A stretch of 64,000 nt of DNA from Eledone cirrhosa (GCA_964016885.1 CAXHJY010001288.1:62001-126000), one strand, 5' to 3'; shown: positions 42,901 to 59,203, numbered from the stretch's first letter. Numbers and translations: made by a program. Notes: a model not told the origin generated them from the letters alone.

Positions 42901-43832
42901 TTTAAAATCACTTAAAGATTCAGTTAACATTTATTACATCGCAGTGGAACGTCTGTTATGAAATAGTGTCACTCTATTTATGGAATATAGGTCTTTTTTT
43001 TTGTTTGTTTTTTTTTCTTCTTTTTATTCCTCATATTTCATAGTTTTAAAGTAAGTAAATGATGTTGATAATCATAAATATTTCTATAAAATGTTTGGCT
43101 GATAAATAACCTTGTATAGAAAAAAATATATATATAAGAGAAAGAAAACAACACAAAACAAAACAAAAAAAAAATGAAATAAAGCAAAAGACAAAGGAAG
43201 AAAAGAAGCACTTAATAAAGTAAGACTTTTAGAATTTGTTATATGGCAAGAAAACGAGGGATTATTGAAATAAAACTTTTGGAATTATAAATTGTTTAAT
43301 TTATTTATTTACTCTTTTACTGGTTGCAACCAATGGGCTGTGACTATATTGGAGTATTGGTATTTTTTGTGTGTGTATCATCATCATCATCATCATCATA
43401 GTTTAACGTCCATCTTCCTCGCTAGCATGGGTTAGACGGTTTTGTTCCATTTGATGTGGGAATGGTCGGGAGACCGTGTCTCTGGCAGGATTTTTACAGC
43501 TGGATCATCATCATCATCATCGTTGTCGTTTAACGTCCATCTTCCACGCTAGCTTGGGTTTAGACGGGATGCCCTTCCTAATACCAACCACATTTACAGT
43601 GTGGACTGGGAGCCTTTTTACCATGTCTCTTACATGAGCACTTTACAGTGTGGACTGGGAGCCTTTTTACCATGTCTCCTACACGAGCACTTTACAGTGT
43701 GGACTGTTGTGTCATCAACACAGTGGACGGAACGCGAGAGGGAGGGTGGGGTAGAGTGTATGGGGTGGGGGTGTACATTGGGTTAAGAGGTGCCTACTGA
43801 CTAGGTTTGTATGCAATGGCAGTCACGTCTTC

Positions 43833-43897
<65 letters not shown>

Positions 43898-44044
43898 AGG
43901 ATACTATTTATGGTTATGTATATTTTAAACTTTTTATAGTTATGTATATTAAACCTTAAACAGTGAAGGTCAGTAATTTATTACTACCTTATTACCAGTA
44001 AGATAAATAGCTCAATGTAATAACATCAGTTGTTCTACAGAGGT

Positions 44045-44411
44045 TATATAGAATTCACAAGAATCAAAGCTATGTTCAAAGCATTTATTCACTTACAATT
44101 GTTTCATCCAAACCTAGGCTTGGAGTCTTCGGAGCATTTTTCAATGTTTGTACATATAATTGACCTCCTTTCCAACGCAAGAGACATACAGATACATATA
44201 TATATATATTGATGTACAGTGGAGTGACATATATACTGTACATCAATATATATATATATATGTATCTGTATGTCTCTTGCGTTGGAAAGGAGGTCAATTA
44301 TATGTACAAACATTGAAAAATGCTCCGAAGACTCTAAGCCTAGGTTTGGATGAAACAATTGTAAGTGAATAAATGCTTTGAACATAGCTTTGATTCTTGT
44401 GAATTCTATAT
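44045..44411. repeat. Near-perfect fold-back palindrome (~175-bp arms, 14-nt spacer) bounded by TA repeats
   Basis: 44045-44220 is the reverse complement of 44235-44411. By eye the only differences are one substitution and TA count. Confidence 0.97.
44321..44367 (+). ncRNA. Putative minimal type-I hammerhead ribozyme motif (variant core CCGAAGA); mirrored on the other arm
   Basis: TGCT-CCGAAGA-c-TCTAAG[CCTAGG]TTTGGA-t-GAAA-CAATTG-TA-AGTG. Palindromic helix III (ACAATTGT), GUA cleavage triplet, weak helix I. Confidence 0.5.
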
Positions 44412-44594
44412 ATATATATATGTGTATGTATGTAAATGTGGTTGGCTCTAGGAAAGTCATCCAACCGTAGGAACCAGCCAGAAACAGTCCTATATGAGCA
44501 AAACATGACTCTAAATGGGACAAACCCTTCTAACCCATGCTAGCATGGGAGATGGACGTTAAACGATGATGATGATGATATATATATACGCATA

Positions 44595-44691
44595 CAGGGT
44601 GTCCCAAAAAATGTATACACTCTTATTACCTGTGCAGGAAAAATTTATTAGAACGCTGTTGAAGTCTGTATACATTTTTTGGGACACCCTG
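44595..44691. mobile_element. 97-bp Tc1/mariner-type MITE
   Basis: TIR CAGGGTGTCCCAAAAAATGTATACA / TGTATACATTTTTTGGGACACCCTG, preceded by TA. Confidence 0.8.
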
Positions 44692-44715
44692 AACATATAT
44701 ATATATATATATATA

Positions 44716-44905
44716 ACGAAGGAAATGTGGTAAGGAACCAGGTGGACCATAACGCACCAAAGTACTCAATACTTAGGGTAGTAGAGTGGGTAATAGGAAC
44801 AAGTAAGACCCCGACGGCTGAGCTCAAGCCGTTTCGACGGATTATTCAGTCCAGAATTAGCCGTCGAAACGGCTGGAGCTCAGCCGTCGGGGTCTTACTT
44901 GTTCC

Positions 44906-44908
<3 letters not shown>
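44716..44908. mobile_element. Short TA-embedded element with a terminal hairpin; related copy at 52460-52621
   Basis: Shared leader ACGAAGGAAATGTGGT...GTACTCAATACT...GTAGAGTGGGTAATAGGAAC, then an inverted repeat over ~44793-44908. Confidence 0.7.
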
Positions 44909-44943
<35 letters not shown>

Positions 44944-45181
44944 ATTATATATATTATATATATATATATTATATATATATTATATATATATTATATATAT
45001 ATATATATTATATATATATTATATATTATATATATATTATATATATATTATATATATTATATATATTATATATATATATTATATATATTATATATATATA
45101 TATATTATATATATATATTATATATATATATATATTATATATATATATTATATATATTATATATATATTATATATATATAT

Positions 45182-45215
<34 letters not shown>

Positions 45216-46047
45216 ATTATATATATATATTATATATATATATTATATATATATATATATAATATATATATTATATATATATATTATATATATATATATA
45301 TATAATATATATATTATATATATATATTATATATATATATATATTATATATATATTATATATATATATTATCATCATCATCATCATCATCAGGTTTAGCG
45401 TCCGTGTTCCACGCTTGCATGGGTTTGGACGGGGGTTTTCCCACTTGAGGCAAGAGTGGTTGTCTTGCTCGCATAGGACTGTCTGGCGGGTTTTCTACAG
45501 TTGGATGCCCTTCCTAACACCAACCACATAATATATATATATATTATATATATATATATATTATATATATATATTATATATATATATATATATTATATAT
45601 ATATATATATTATATATATATATATATTATATATATATATTATATATATATTATATATATATATATATTATATATATATTATATATATATATATATTATA
45701 TATATATTATATATATATATATATTATATATATATTATATATATATATATATTATATATATATTATATATATATATATATTATATATATATTATATATAT
45801 ATATATATTATATATATATTATATATATATATATATATTATATTTATATTATATATATATATATATTATATATATATATATATATATTATATTTATATTA
45901 TATATATATATATATTATATATATATATATATATTTTATATATATATTATATATATATTATATATATATTATATATATATTATATATATATTATATATAT
46001 ATTATATATATATATATATTATATATAATATATATATATATATATAT

Positions 46048-46094
<47 letters not shown>

Positions 46095-46182
46095 TATATA
46101 TATATATATATTATATATATATTATATATATATATATATTATATATAATATATATATATATATATTATATATAATATATATA
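44908..46182. repeat. (TA)n/(TATAT)n microsatellite interrupted by an RTE 3' stub (~45370-45528, minus strand)
   Basis: Directly visible. The stub matches 7371-7530. Confidence 0.95.
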
Positions 46183-46404
46183 GATTCATTAGTGATGCCT
46201 ATTTTACACATCCTATATCATGCACAAGACAAAAACTCCCACCATATTTATATGGCACTTATTGTTCTATTGATTCTTAGTGAGGATGATGTATTTAACC
46301 GTGCCATTCATGATGTTGTAAGTATATAAATATTTCATGTCACTCATTAGACCACAGCCATGCTGACGTATCACCTTCAATGGACTTTGGTCAATCATAT
46401 CAAC

Positions 46405-46862
46405 TCCCAGTACATATCAACCCCAGTACATATCAACCCCAGTACATATCAACCCCAGTACATATCAATCCCCGTACATATCAATCCCAGTATATATCAA
46501 CCCCAGTACATATCAACCCCAGTACATATCAACCCCAGTACATATCAACCCCAGTATATATCAAACCCCGTACATATCAATCCAGTATATATCAATCCCA
46601 GTATATATCAACCCCAGTATATATCAACCCCAGTATATATCAATCCCAGTATATATCAATCCCAGTATATATCAACCCCAGTATATATCAACCCCAGTAT
46701 ATATCAACCCCAGTACATATCAACCCCAGTACATATCAACCCCAGTACATATCAACCCCAGTACATATCAACCCCAGTACATATCAACCCCAGTACATAT
46801 CAACCCCAGTACATATCAACCCAGTACATATCAACCCAGTACATATCAACCCCAGTACATAT
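46405..46862. repeat. 16-bp minisatellite (TACATATCAACCCCAG)
   Basis: Directly visible, about 28 copies. Confidence 0.95.
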
Positions 46863-46957
46863 AGATATATTATTTCAAGTCTGTTACTTCTTTTTTCCTT
46901 TTTTATGTTAAACAGTTAACAATCTGTCTATTAAATTTCACTCACAATGCATCTGTA

Positions 46958-47002
<45 letters not shown>

Positions 47003-47008
<6 letters not shown>

Positions 47009-47811
47009 ATACTTTGGGAGCGTCGTGTTTGTGTAATGTTGCCAGAATTAATAACAGTACTATACGAACATGCCAGACAACAACACAACGGTAACATAGA
47101 CAACATAGAAATTAGAATAATATCTAAACATAGAAATGACCCAGCAGATAGGCAAATCAGAGAGGCCAGTGAAATAGAACTTAGAAGGCCAAGGCTAAAC
47201 AGAAAAAATGAATGGAATAACAACAACACTCAAACAAACAACACTGACCTAAGAGAAGTATAAATAAATAAATAAATAGATAAATAAATAAATTAATACA
47301 TACACAAGTACAATAACAACAAACACATAAACACACACTAGTAAAGATAGAATACATTAACCAATACACAATCACCCAATCACGAACACACATCAAACAA
47401 AACACTATACACACACGCATGCGCAAAGAAGACAAAATAAAATAAACAAATAAATAAATATATAAACAGACTAAATAAAGATGGCGTAGAAAATACAATG
47501 CAACGGGAGGAAACAATAGCACCACTGACGATGTTGCAGATGTGCAACGAAAGAACTTTGATAAACTATATATATGTGTTTTGTGTCTATATTGTATCTG
47601 TATTTTTGACCGTTGGTCAGTCAATGGCAACATTGAGGACCGAATAAATTAGATTACCGATATAAAAGACACAGAAGCGAAAAGCAAAAACCAACCAAAC
47701 AGTGAGTGTGTTCTGATATTAATTCTGGCAATATTACACAAATGTGACCCTCCCCAAGTATAACAATATTTGTTTTGTCACACGATTTCATATCAAAAAC
47801 CTCGCAAAACT
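47003..47811 (+). mobile_element. Heavily 5'-truncated Penelope-like element (end of GIY-YIG ORF, 3' pLTR) with an inverted 5' piece
   Basis: Encodes VLYEHARQQH...IREASEIELRRPRLNRKNEW, matching the end of ORF 56319-57761. 47003-47057 is an inverted copy of ~47713-47770. Inserted in (TA)n. Confidence 0.92.
47521..47562 (+). ncRNA. Minimal hammerhead ribozyme motif in the Penelope pLTR (copy 1)
   Basis: ACCA-CTGACGA-t-GTTGCA[GATG]TGCAAC-GAAA-GAAC-TT-TGAT. Canonical CUGANGA/GAAA core and a 6-bp helix II. Confidence 0.65.
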
Positions 47812-47828
47812 ATATATATATACATATA

Positions 47829-50800
47829 TGGGTAGATAAGGTTATCAACATAAATATAAATAGAGTAAATGACAGAATAATTAAAATAAGGTTAGTTCTA
47901 AATAAAACTACTGTGACAATAATATCCGCTTATGCACCCCAATCTGGTCTACTTGATGTTATAACCGACAGCGACTACCTAATTATTGCTGGCGATCTAA
48001 ACAGCCACGTTGGACAACATAGTGATGGCTATGATGGAATCCATGGAGGCTATGGGGTTGGAAATAGAAATTGAGGAAGGCTTGAGAATCCTGGAATTCT
48101 GTGACGTCAATAACCTAACTATCTGTAACACAAACTTCAAAAAACGTGAAAACCACTTGATCACCTATAGATCAGGGGAACACGCCAGCCAGATAGATTA
48201 TATCCTTACTAGAAGACGGGACAAAGTGTCTGTTGTAAACACTAAATCCCGCCCCCCGTGAAGAATGCACCTCCCAACATAGCCTAGTAGTTAGTAACCT
48301 CACAGTCAGGAATAGACGTACTCGACGACAGAGGAGGCCTACCTTGAAGAGAAGAATACGGAAGTTGAAGGACCCCATAGCCTGTGACAAATTTAAAAGC
48401 TTATTACTTGATGCCTTTGACAATAAAGAAGAGCAATTAGAGACGTGCGATATAGAGGAACAGTGGCAATTCTTGAAAGTGAAACTGCTGAAAGCAATGG
48501 ATGAAATCTGGGGCTGGAGCAGACCTATTGGCAGGAGGAGAGTAACTTGGTGGTGGAACAGTAAGGTAGAAGAGACAATCAAGGCCAAAAAGCAGGCTTG
48601 GAAAGTATGGCAGGATGGGGAAGTAGAGAGCACTATCAAGTGGCCAGGAGAAAAGCTAGGAGACAAGTGTACCTTGCAAAAAGGGAAGCAGAGGAAAGAA
48701 AGTTCAAGCATGTTCTACAACGTGAGGACCAAAAACGCGAGGTGTTCAGGATTGCTAGACAATGTGTCAAGGAAAACCGTGATATTGTCGGGGAGAAGTG
48801 TGTCCGTAATGATAACGGTGTACTTGCCCTCACTGATGCTGATAAAAAGATAGCCTGGAAGTGTCACTACGAGAGACTATTAAATGAGGAGAATAAGTGG
48901 GAAAAAGATAGTCCTGCCCCAAATCGATCCAATAGAAGGACCAGCGGTGCAAGTTAAAGGTAGTATAATAAGTAAGGCAATCAAAGATATGAAGACAGGC
49001 AAGGCAGCTGGGCCTTTGGAGATAGTTGCTGAGATGTTGAAGGCATCTGGAATGGTGGGACATACTATGGTCACCCGTATAGTTAACCAAGTAATACAGA
49101 ATGGGGTCATACCAAAAAACTGGCGTAGCATCATCATCATTAACTGCTACAAGGGTAAAGGAGGTGCTCTAGATAGAGGAAACTGTAGAGGCATTAAGTT
49201 AGTTGACCAGGTCATGAAGGTCACAGAAAGAGTTATAGTGCAACTAATCAGAGAGCGAATTGATCTAGTTGAAATGCATTTTGGGTTTGTGTCAGGTAAA
49301 AGTACCACAGACGCTCTTTTCCTTGTACGACAAATACAAGAGAAGTACCTAGCTAAAAGTAAACCCCTCTACTTAGCTTTTGTAGACCTGGAAAAAGCCT
49401 TTGACAGAGTCCCCCGCTCCATTATCTGGTGGGCTCTTAGAAAACTAGGTGTAGATGAATGGCTTGTGAGAGCTATACAAGCTATGTATAATGAAACAGT
49501 CAGTAAGGTTAGAATTAACAATGAATATTGTGAAGAATTTAGTGTAAAAGTTGGTGTTCACCAAGGCTCTGTCCTTAGCCCCCTCCTATTTATTATTGTT
49601 CTTTAGGCTATAACAGAGGAGTTCAAGACCGGCTGCCCATGGGAACTCGTATACGCAGATGATCTAACGCTCATAGCTGAATCTATGGCTGAACTAGAAA
49701 AGAAATTCCAAACATGGAAGCATGGCCTAGAATCAAAAGGCCTTAAAGTTAACTTGTCTAAGACTAAAGTCCTAGTTTGTAGAAAGGAAAATAAGGCACA
49801 GGTACCCTCAGGGAAATGGCCTTGCTCAGTGTGTAGGAAAGGAGTAGGCAGAAATTCAATTTTATGTCCCAAATTCAAAGTATGGGTACATAAAAGATGT
49901 AGTGGGATCACAGGTAAACTATCTAAGAACGTAGACTTTATATGTGGCCAATGATCAGGTGCAATAGGTAGCAAGTGTCCACAGGATACTAGCCCCTTCT
50001 ATTGCCCAGATGGTTCTATAGAAATAGTAGACACTTTCTGTTACCTGGGTTACAAAATCAGCAGTGGTGGAGGGTGTTCTGAAAGTACAGTAGCCAGAGT
50101 CAGAACTGGATGGAAAAAGTTCAGAGAGCTTATACCGCTGTTGGCCACAAAAGGTTTCTCTTTAAAAATGAAAGGTAGATTGTATGATGCTTGTATACGA
50201 ACACCAATGCTACATGGCAGTGAGACATGGGCATTACGTGCAGAGGACCTGCGTAGACTGGAAAGGAACAAAGCATGCATGCTCTGTTGGATGTGTAATA
50301 GTAATATACGTGAACGGCAAAGCATAAATGAACTAAGTGAGAAATTAGGAATAAGAGGGATCAGATGCTGTTTACTTGAGAGAAGACTACGTTGGTATGG
50401 CCATGTGATGCACTTGAAAGACGACAGCTGTATAAAAAAAGTGCAGGGCGATCAAAATTGATGGTAGTTACGGAGCAGGTAGACCCAGAAAAACCTGGTA
50501 CGATCTGATAAATTCTGGCCTTACACACTTGCACCTCTCTAAGACAATGTCACTGGACCGAGATCTTTGGCGCTACGCAGTAATGCAGAAGACCCGCCTT
50601 GCCTATGAACAAAGCGAAACCTACAGTCAAGTAGGCACCTCTTAACCAGATATACACCCCAATCCACTAACCCTACCCTATTCTCCCAGTCCCACCAACA
50701 CCACCCTCTCTCTATAAAGTTGGTACCACAACATCCAGTCCAAATAAATGAGATAATGAGATCGAGATCGTGTAGGTGTCATGAGAAAAAACACACAGTC

Positions 50801-51020
50801 CACGCTGTAATGTGGCCATGTAGGAAACACGGTAAAAAGTTCCCAGTTTCACACTGTAAATGTGGTTGGTGTTAGGAAGGGCATCCAGCCGTAGAAAACT
50901 TGCCAGATAGTCCTATACGAGCGAGACACGGTCACCCGACCAACCTTGCCTCAAGTGGGACAACTCCCGTCTAACCCATGCTAGCGTGGAAAATGGACGA
51001 TAAACGAAGATGATGATGAT
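47829..51020 (+). mobile_element. Long RTE-clade LINE copy (partial APE endonuclease, RT, PHD-type finger, 3'UTR, (GAT)n); disabled by stops and frameshifts
   Basis: ISAYAPQ, GDLNSHVG and SQIDYIL (APE); FVDLEKAFDRV, GVHQGSVLSPLLF and YADDL (RT); LRWYGHV. Same family as 7371-8898. Confidence 0.96.
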
Positions 51021-51051
51021 ATATATATATATATATTATATATATATTATA

Positions 51052-51367
51052 CGGAGGCACATGGCTTAGTGGTTAGAGCATTGGGCTTGCAATCGAAAGG
51101 TTGTGAGTTCAATTCTCAGACCGGGTGATGTGTTGTTTCCTTGAGCAAGACACTTTATTTCACATTGCTCCAGTTTACTCAGCTGTAGAAATGAGATGAT
51201 AGGGACTGGGGTCCATATCATTCCACTGCAAAGTGGTCGTGGAGGTGCCACGGCAAAAAAGCACCCAGCACTCACTGTAAATGAGGTTGGTGTTAGGAAG
51301 GGCATCCAGCTGTAGAAATCAAGCCCCTTGCAAGCAGGGAAAAAGCGGACGTAAAATGAAATGATGA
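51052..51367 (+). mobile_element. Young tRNA/CORE-like SINE with RTE tail (copy 3)
   Basis: TGGCTTAGTGG A-box, GTTCAATTC B-box; near-identical to copies 1 and 2. Confidence 0.88.
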
Positions 51368-54150
<2,783 letters not shown>

Positions 54151-54407
54151 TGTTACCATCTTGAAGTAAGTGAGTATATTTACTTATATATTAATTGTTC
54201 TGTATATATGTAGAAACTACTGGTAGTTTCTCAATTGATATATATCGTTTAAACTTGTTATATAGAAACGGAATGACTGTGAATTAACACTTGGAATATA
54301 TCATGTTATCTCGCTTTCTTTCCATTTCTTTATTCATTTATATATATATTTTTTTGTAAATAAGTAAAATTTTTCCTATAAGTATGTGTGTAAGAAGAAT
54401 AGGCTGT

Positions 54408-54670
54408 AGTGTGCAGGAGAGCAGATTACGTTAGTACGGCCACGTGATGCGCATGGATGATGACCGCTGGGTGAAGAAGTGCCAGGTGATCCCAGTGGAA
54501 GGAAGACGCAAACCACAGAAGACCTGAACGGAAGTGGTGAGAGCTGACTTCAGATCGTTGAAGGCTACGGAGGAGATGATGAACGATCGTGACAAGTGGA
54601 GAGATGCTGAAGAGTACCCGTCCCACTGTTACAAGCAGGGAAACGCGGACGGACGTAAAATGATGATGAT
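54408..54670 (+). mobile_element. 3' stub of another RTE subfamily
   Basis: Reads VQESRLR*YGHVMRMDDDRWVKKC and ends GGACGTAAAATGATGATG. Confidence 0.7.
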
Positions 54671-55860
54671 ATAGCTTAGTGTGCGTGTGTTTAGAGATTT
54701 ACTTTTTTCTATTCGACGAGGTAAGTATTTATATATAATTGTCACCATGAGGAATGTCTAGAGAAGGTTTAGTTTCTTAGGAGATGTATGGAGCTAGACA
54801 AAGTAAGTATGTATATACAAATGTCACAATTAGGATAGATTGCCTTGCAGTATTCGTTTCAGCTCTCTGAGTTCAAATCATACCAATGCCAACTTTTCCT
54901 TTCATGCATTGAAGGTCGATGAAAATGTACCTGTTTAGTACTGGGGTGGATTCTTCCTCTCACTCTTTATACTTTATCTAGAAGAAATCTGCTGCATTCG
55001 GATCTGGGCTATGCCAGGTATTAAAACACGTATTCCAATACAGAGTTATTACAGCTTCGAGGCTCTGCATGCATAGTTCGCAGCCAATACACTAAAGCGT
55101 TCTTTAATAATACCTTATTTCACGTTACTCCAGTACACTTAGCTGAGGAGTTAATCCTGCAATAGACTAGCATCCTATCCTGGTAGAGGATAGGATGCCA
55201 GTGATGTGCTGAGAATATACTATGAGTTAATATTATATATATACTAAACTTATCTTTAATCAATACATCTTGAAGCTGAAGCGTATAGACAGTATGCCCC
55301 ACCCCTCCTGCTGTAAAGTGGTCGTGTAGGTGTCACAACAAAAAAGCACTCAGTCTACTCTGTAAAGTGGTCGTGTAGGCACCACGGTAAAAAGCACCCA
55401 GTACTCATTGTAAATGAGGTTGATGTTAGGAAGGGCATCCATCTAGAAATCAAGCCAAAATCATTTCTGTGAGAGCAAGACATGGTCATCTGACCTGGCA
55501 CTGCCCACAACAAGACAACCCGTCTAACCCATGCTAACGTGGAAGAATGGACGTAAAATGGTGATGATGATATATATATACGGGAATTTTACCCGCCCTA
55601 TATATATATATCTAGGGTGGGTAAAATTCCCGATATATATATTGTTAAAAAAAACTGGAGGTTATATCCAAAGTTGGCAGAGTACTCACTCCAAAGTACG
55701 AGTTTGGTATAGAGTTAGTTACACTATATATATATGTGTGTGTATATGTATACATGTATATGTATATATGTTTATATATATATATATATATGTATACATG
55801 TATATGTATATATGTGTGTATATATATATGGTGGTGAATTAGTTTTGCGAGGTTTTTTAT

Positions 55861-57761
55861 ATGAAATCGTGTGTCGACCACAAGACAGTCGACGACCCGA
55901 CAACAGGACCACCAACAAGACCCGTATGCGGAGCTAATATAGCTAGCAACTACAGGATCTCCTACTTCCTCTCAATGGTTATACGCCCCATAATCAAGAT
56001 GTCCCCAGATGTATGTGACAGTACAGAGGACCTCCTCAGCAGAATCAGTGAGTGCAACAAAAACAGGAGCCTATCCAACTGCATAATAGGCAGCATGGAT
56101 GTGGTGTCACTGTACCCATCCATTAACATTGATTTTGCTGTGAAAAGATGTGTGGAGATGATCATTGAGAGTGAGGTGGAGTTCTGCGACGTCGACACAG
56201 ACGAATTGGGCCTCCTACTTAGACTTACCTACGACACTGACTACCTAGACAGCCATGACCTTAGACGTTTCTGCCCTAGTAGACCTATAAGAGGTAGACC
56301 CCCCCCACCATAACCTCAATGGCAAAAAAGACTCCCATGGGAAGGTGGATTGGGTGGACCAAAGCTATACGGACCCCCCAAAACAATGATCAGGTAAGAA
56401 AAATGGTTGCACATGCAATAGGGGCTAGTATCAAAACTACCCTAAAGGGCCACATATTTAAGTTCAACGAGAAGATCTACACCCAAAATGAGGGAGCAGC
56501 CATCGGCGTCAGCATAGCTGGTGATGTTGCCAACCTTTTCATGATATGGTGGGAAAGGAGACTTAAAGATCTCCTTAATGAGAGCTCCATAGACCTCATC
56601 ATGTACTCTCGTTATGTAGACGATATCAATATAGTTATAAGAACACCCCCACTAGAGAGCACTAACAAGTTTGATTTAGAACGTAGCACGATGGAAAGCA
56701 TCCAGCAGATAGTTACAGTTATACTCTGGTGTATGGAATTAGCTATCGACTTCCCTTCCAAACACCCTAACAATAGACTACCTGTATTAGACACAGAACT
56801 CTGGATTAACACTATAGACGAGAGAGCCCAAATTCTCCACTCACACTATGCTAAACCTATGGCCTCCAAATACCTGATACTCAAAAACTCAGCAATGTCC
56901 AGTAGTGCTAAGTTTAATATTCTGATCGCAGATTTGGTACGAGTGATGAAGAATGTGTCCCGCATGTGCGACCCAACAGAAATGGAAAGACACATCCAAC
57001 ACTTCATCAACCGCATGCAGTTCTCTGGCTACAACCAAAGAGACAGAGTCAGAGTATACGAAGGAGCCATGGAAAAGTATAAGACCCTCATAGAACTGGA
57101 CATGAAAGGAATTTGCCCATTATACAGGAGCAAATCATGGAATAGCTTAGATAGGGCTAGACATAAGATAGGGAAAGCCACCTCATGGTACGACAACCAG
57201 AGATACCAGAGTGTCATGTTTGTGGACGCCACCCCTGGAGGGAAATTAGCTAACCAGTGTAGAAAGGCCCTGAGAAAGACCCACTTAAAAATAAATGTGG
57301 TAGAAAAGCCAGGAACCACCATAAAATCCCTGATCAGCAAAACCTGCCCTTTTAAGAAAACCCACTGTACCAATAGGAAATGTATCATATGTAAGGTGAA
57401 CCCCCGGATAAACTGTAAAACTAGAAACGTAGTCTATAGCATAAGATGTACAGAGGGTACTTGCAGAAACATGACAACAACATACATAGGTGAGACAGCT
57501 CGTAGCATAGGTGAAAGGATAGACCAACACTGGGGGGAACTAAAAGGACGAAAAAACGGGTCAGTACTATACGAACATGCTAGACAACAACATGACGGTA
57601 ACATAGAAATTAGAATAATATCTAAACATAGAAATGACCCAGCAGATAGGCAAATCAGAGAGGCTGGTGAAATAGAAATTAGAAGACCAAGGCTAAACAG
57701 AAAGAATGAATGGAATAACAACAACGCCCAAACAAACAACACTGACCTAAGAGAAGTATAA
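55861..57761 (+). pseudogene. Penelope RT-GIY-YIG polyprotein, split by one frameshift in the C8 run at 56299-56306
   Basis: TRPVCGA, SMDVVSLYPSI, QNEGAAIG and YSRYVDDI (PLE RT); LPVLD; CTNRKCIIC linker; VVYSIRC...TYIGETARSIGERIDQH (GIY-YIG). Confidence 0.93.
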
Positions 57762-57974
57762 ATAAGTAAATAAAATGAAATAAATAAATAAATACATACA
57801 CAAGCACATAAACACACACTAGTCACACAGCAAACAGAACACTATACACACACGCAAACGCATGCGCAAAAAAGACAAAATAAAATAAACAAACAAGCAA
57901 ATAAATAAATAAATATCTTGACAGACTGAATAAAAATGGCGTAGACATACAATACAACAGGAGGAAGATATAAC

Positions 57975-58016
57975 ACCACTGACGATGTTGCAGATGTGCA
58001 ACGAAAGATTTATGAT
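57975..58016 (+). ncRNA. Minimal hammerhead ribozyme motif in the Penelope pLTR (copy 2)
   Basis: ACCA-CTGACGA-t-GTTGCA[GATG]TGCAAC-GAAA-GATT-TA-TGAT. PLE pLTRs are known to carry minimal hammerheads. Confidence 0.65.
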
Positions 58017-58223
58017 AAACTATATATATGTGTTTGTGTCTATATTGTATCTGTATTATTTTTGACCGTCGGTCAGTCAATGGCAACATTGAGGACCGAG
58101 TAAGTTAGATTACCGATATAAAAGACACAGAAGCGAGAAGCGAAAACCAACCAAACAGTGAGTGTGTTCTGTTATTTATTCTGGCAATATTACACAAATA
58201 TGACCCTCCCCAAGTATAACAAT

Positions 58224-58432
58224 ATATATATATGTATACATGTATATATATATATGTGTATATATATATGTATATATATATGTATGTATATGTATATATG
58301 TATATGTATGTATATGTATATGTATGTATATGTATATATGTATTTATATGTATATATATATATGTATATATATGTATGTATATGTATATATATATATGTA
58401 TGTATATGTATATATATATATGTATGTATATG

Positions 58433-58491
<59 letters not shown>

Positions 58492-58874
58492 GTGTATATG
58501 TATATATATGTATATATATGTATGTATATGTATATATATATGTATGTATATATATATGTATGTATATGTATATATATGTATATGTATATATATGTATATG
58601 TATATATATATGTATATGTATATATATATGTATATATATATGTATATGTATATATATATGTATATATATATATATGTATGTATATGTGTATGTATATGTA
58701 TATATATATATATGTATGTATATATATATGTATGTATATATATATGTATGTATGTATATGTATATATATATATGTATGTATATATATATATGTATGTATG
58801 TATATGTATATATATATATGTATGTATATATATATGTATGTATATATGTATGTATGTATATATATGTATGTATG

Positions 58875-58910
<36 letters not shown>

Positions 58911-59203
58911 TATATGTGTATATATATATGTATGTGTATATATATGTATGTATATATATATATGTATATATATATGTATGTGTATATATATGTATATATA
59001 TGTGTGTATATGTATGTATGTGTATATATATATATGTATGTATATATGTATGTATGTATGTATGTATATATATATATATGTATGTATATATATATATATG
59101 TATGTATATATATATATATGTATGTATGTATATATATATATATGTATGTATGTATATATATATATGTATGTATGTATGTATGTATATATATATGTATGTA
59201 TAT

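Larger units (their letters stand above)
55831..58223 (+). mobile_element. 5'-truncated Penelope-like element (Neptune-like architecture) inserted in (TA)n/(TATG)n
   Basis: RT + Cys linker + GIY-YIG ORF, then a 3' region matching 47260-47770. The 5' end 55841-55873 is an inverted copy of the tail seen at 47780-47811. Confidence 0.95.

Noticed and set aside
46360-46919. Repetitive STPVHINPSTYQPQYI ORFs resembling a structural protein
   Set aside because: 16-bp minisatellite; the same peptide appears in multiple frames; no exon context.
51052-51125. tRNA-like sequences at SINE heads (also 7085, 12770, 53200)
   Set aside because: They run into SINE bodies and lack a proper acceptor stem; not tRNA genes.
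57762-58223. SECIS element / selenoprotein-type (Naiad) Penelope
   Set aside because: The endonuclease is C-terminal, the ORF has no in-frame TGA, and no AUGA/AA/GA SECIS core was recognised in the stem-loop.
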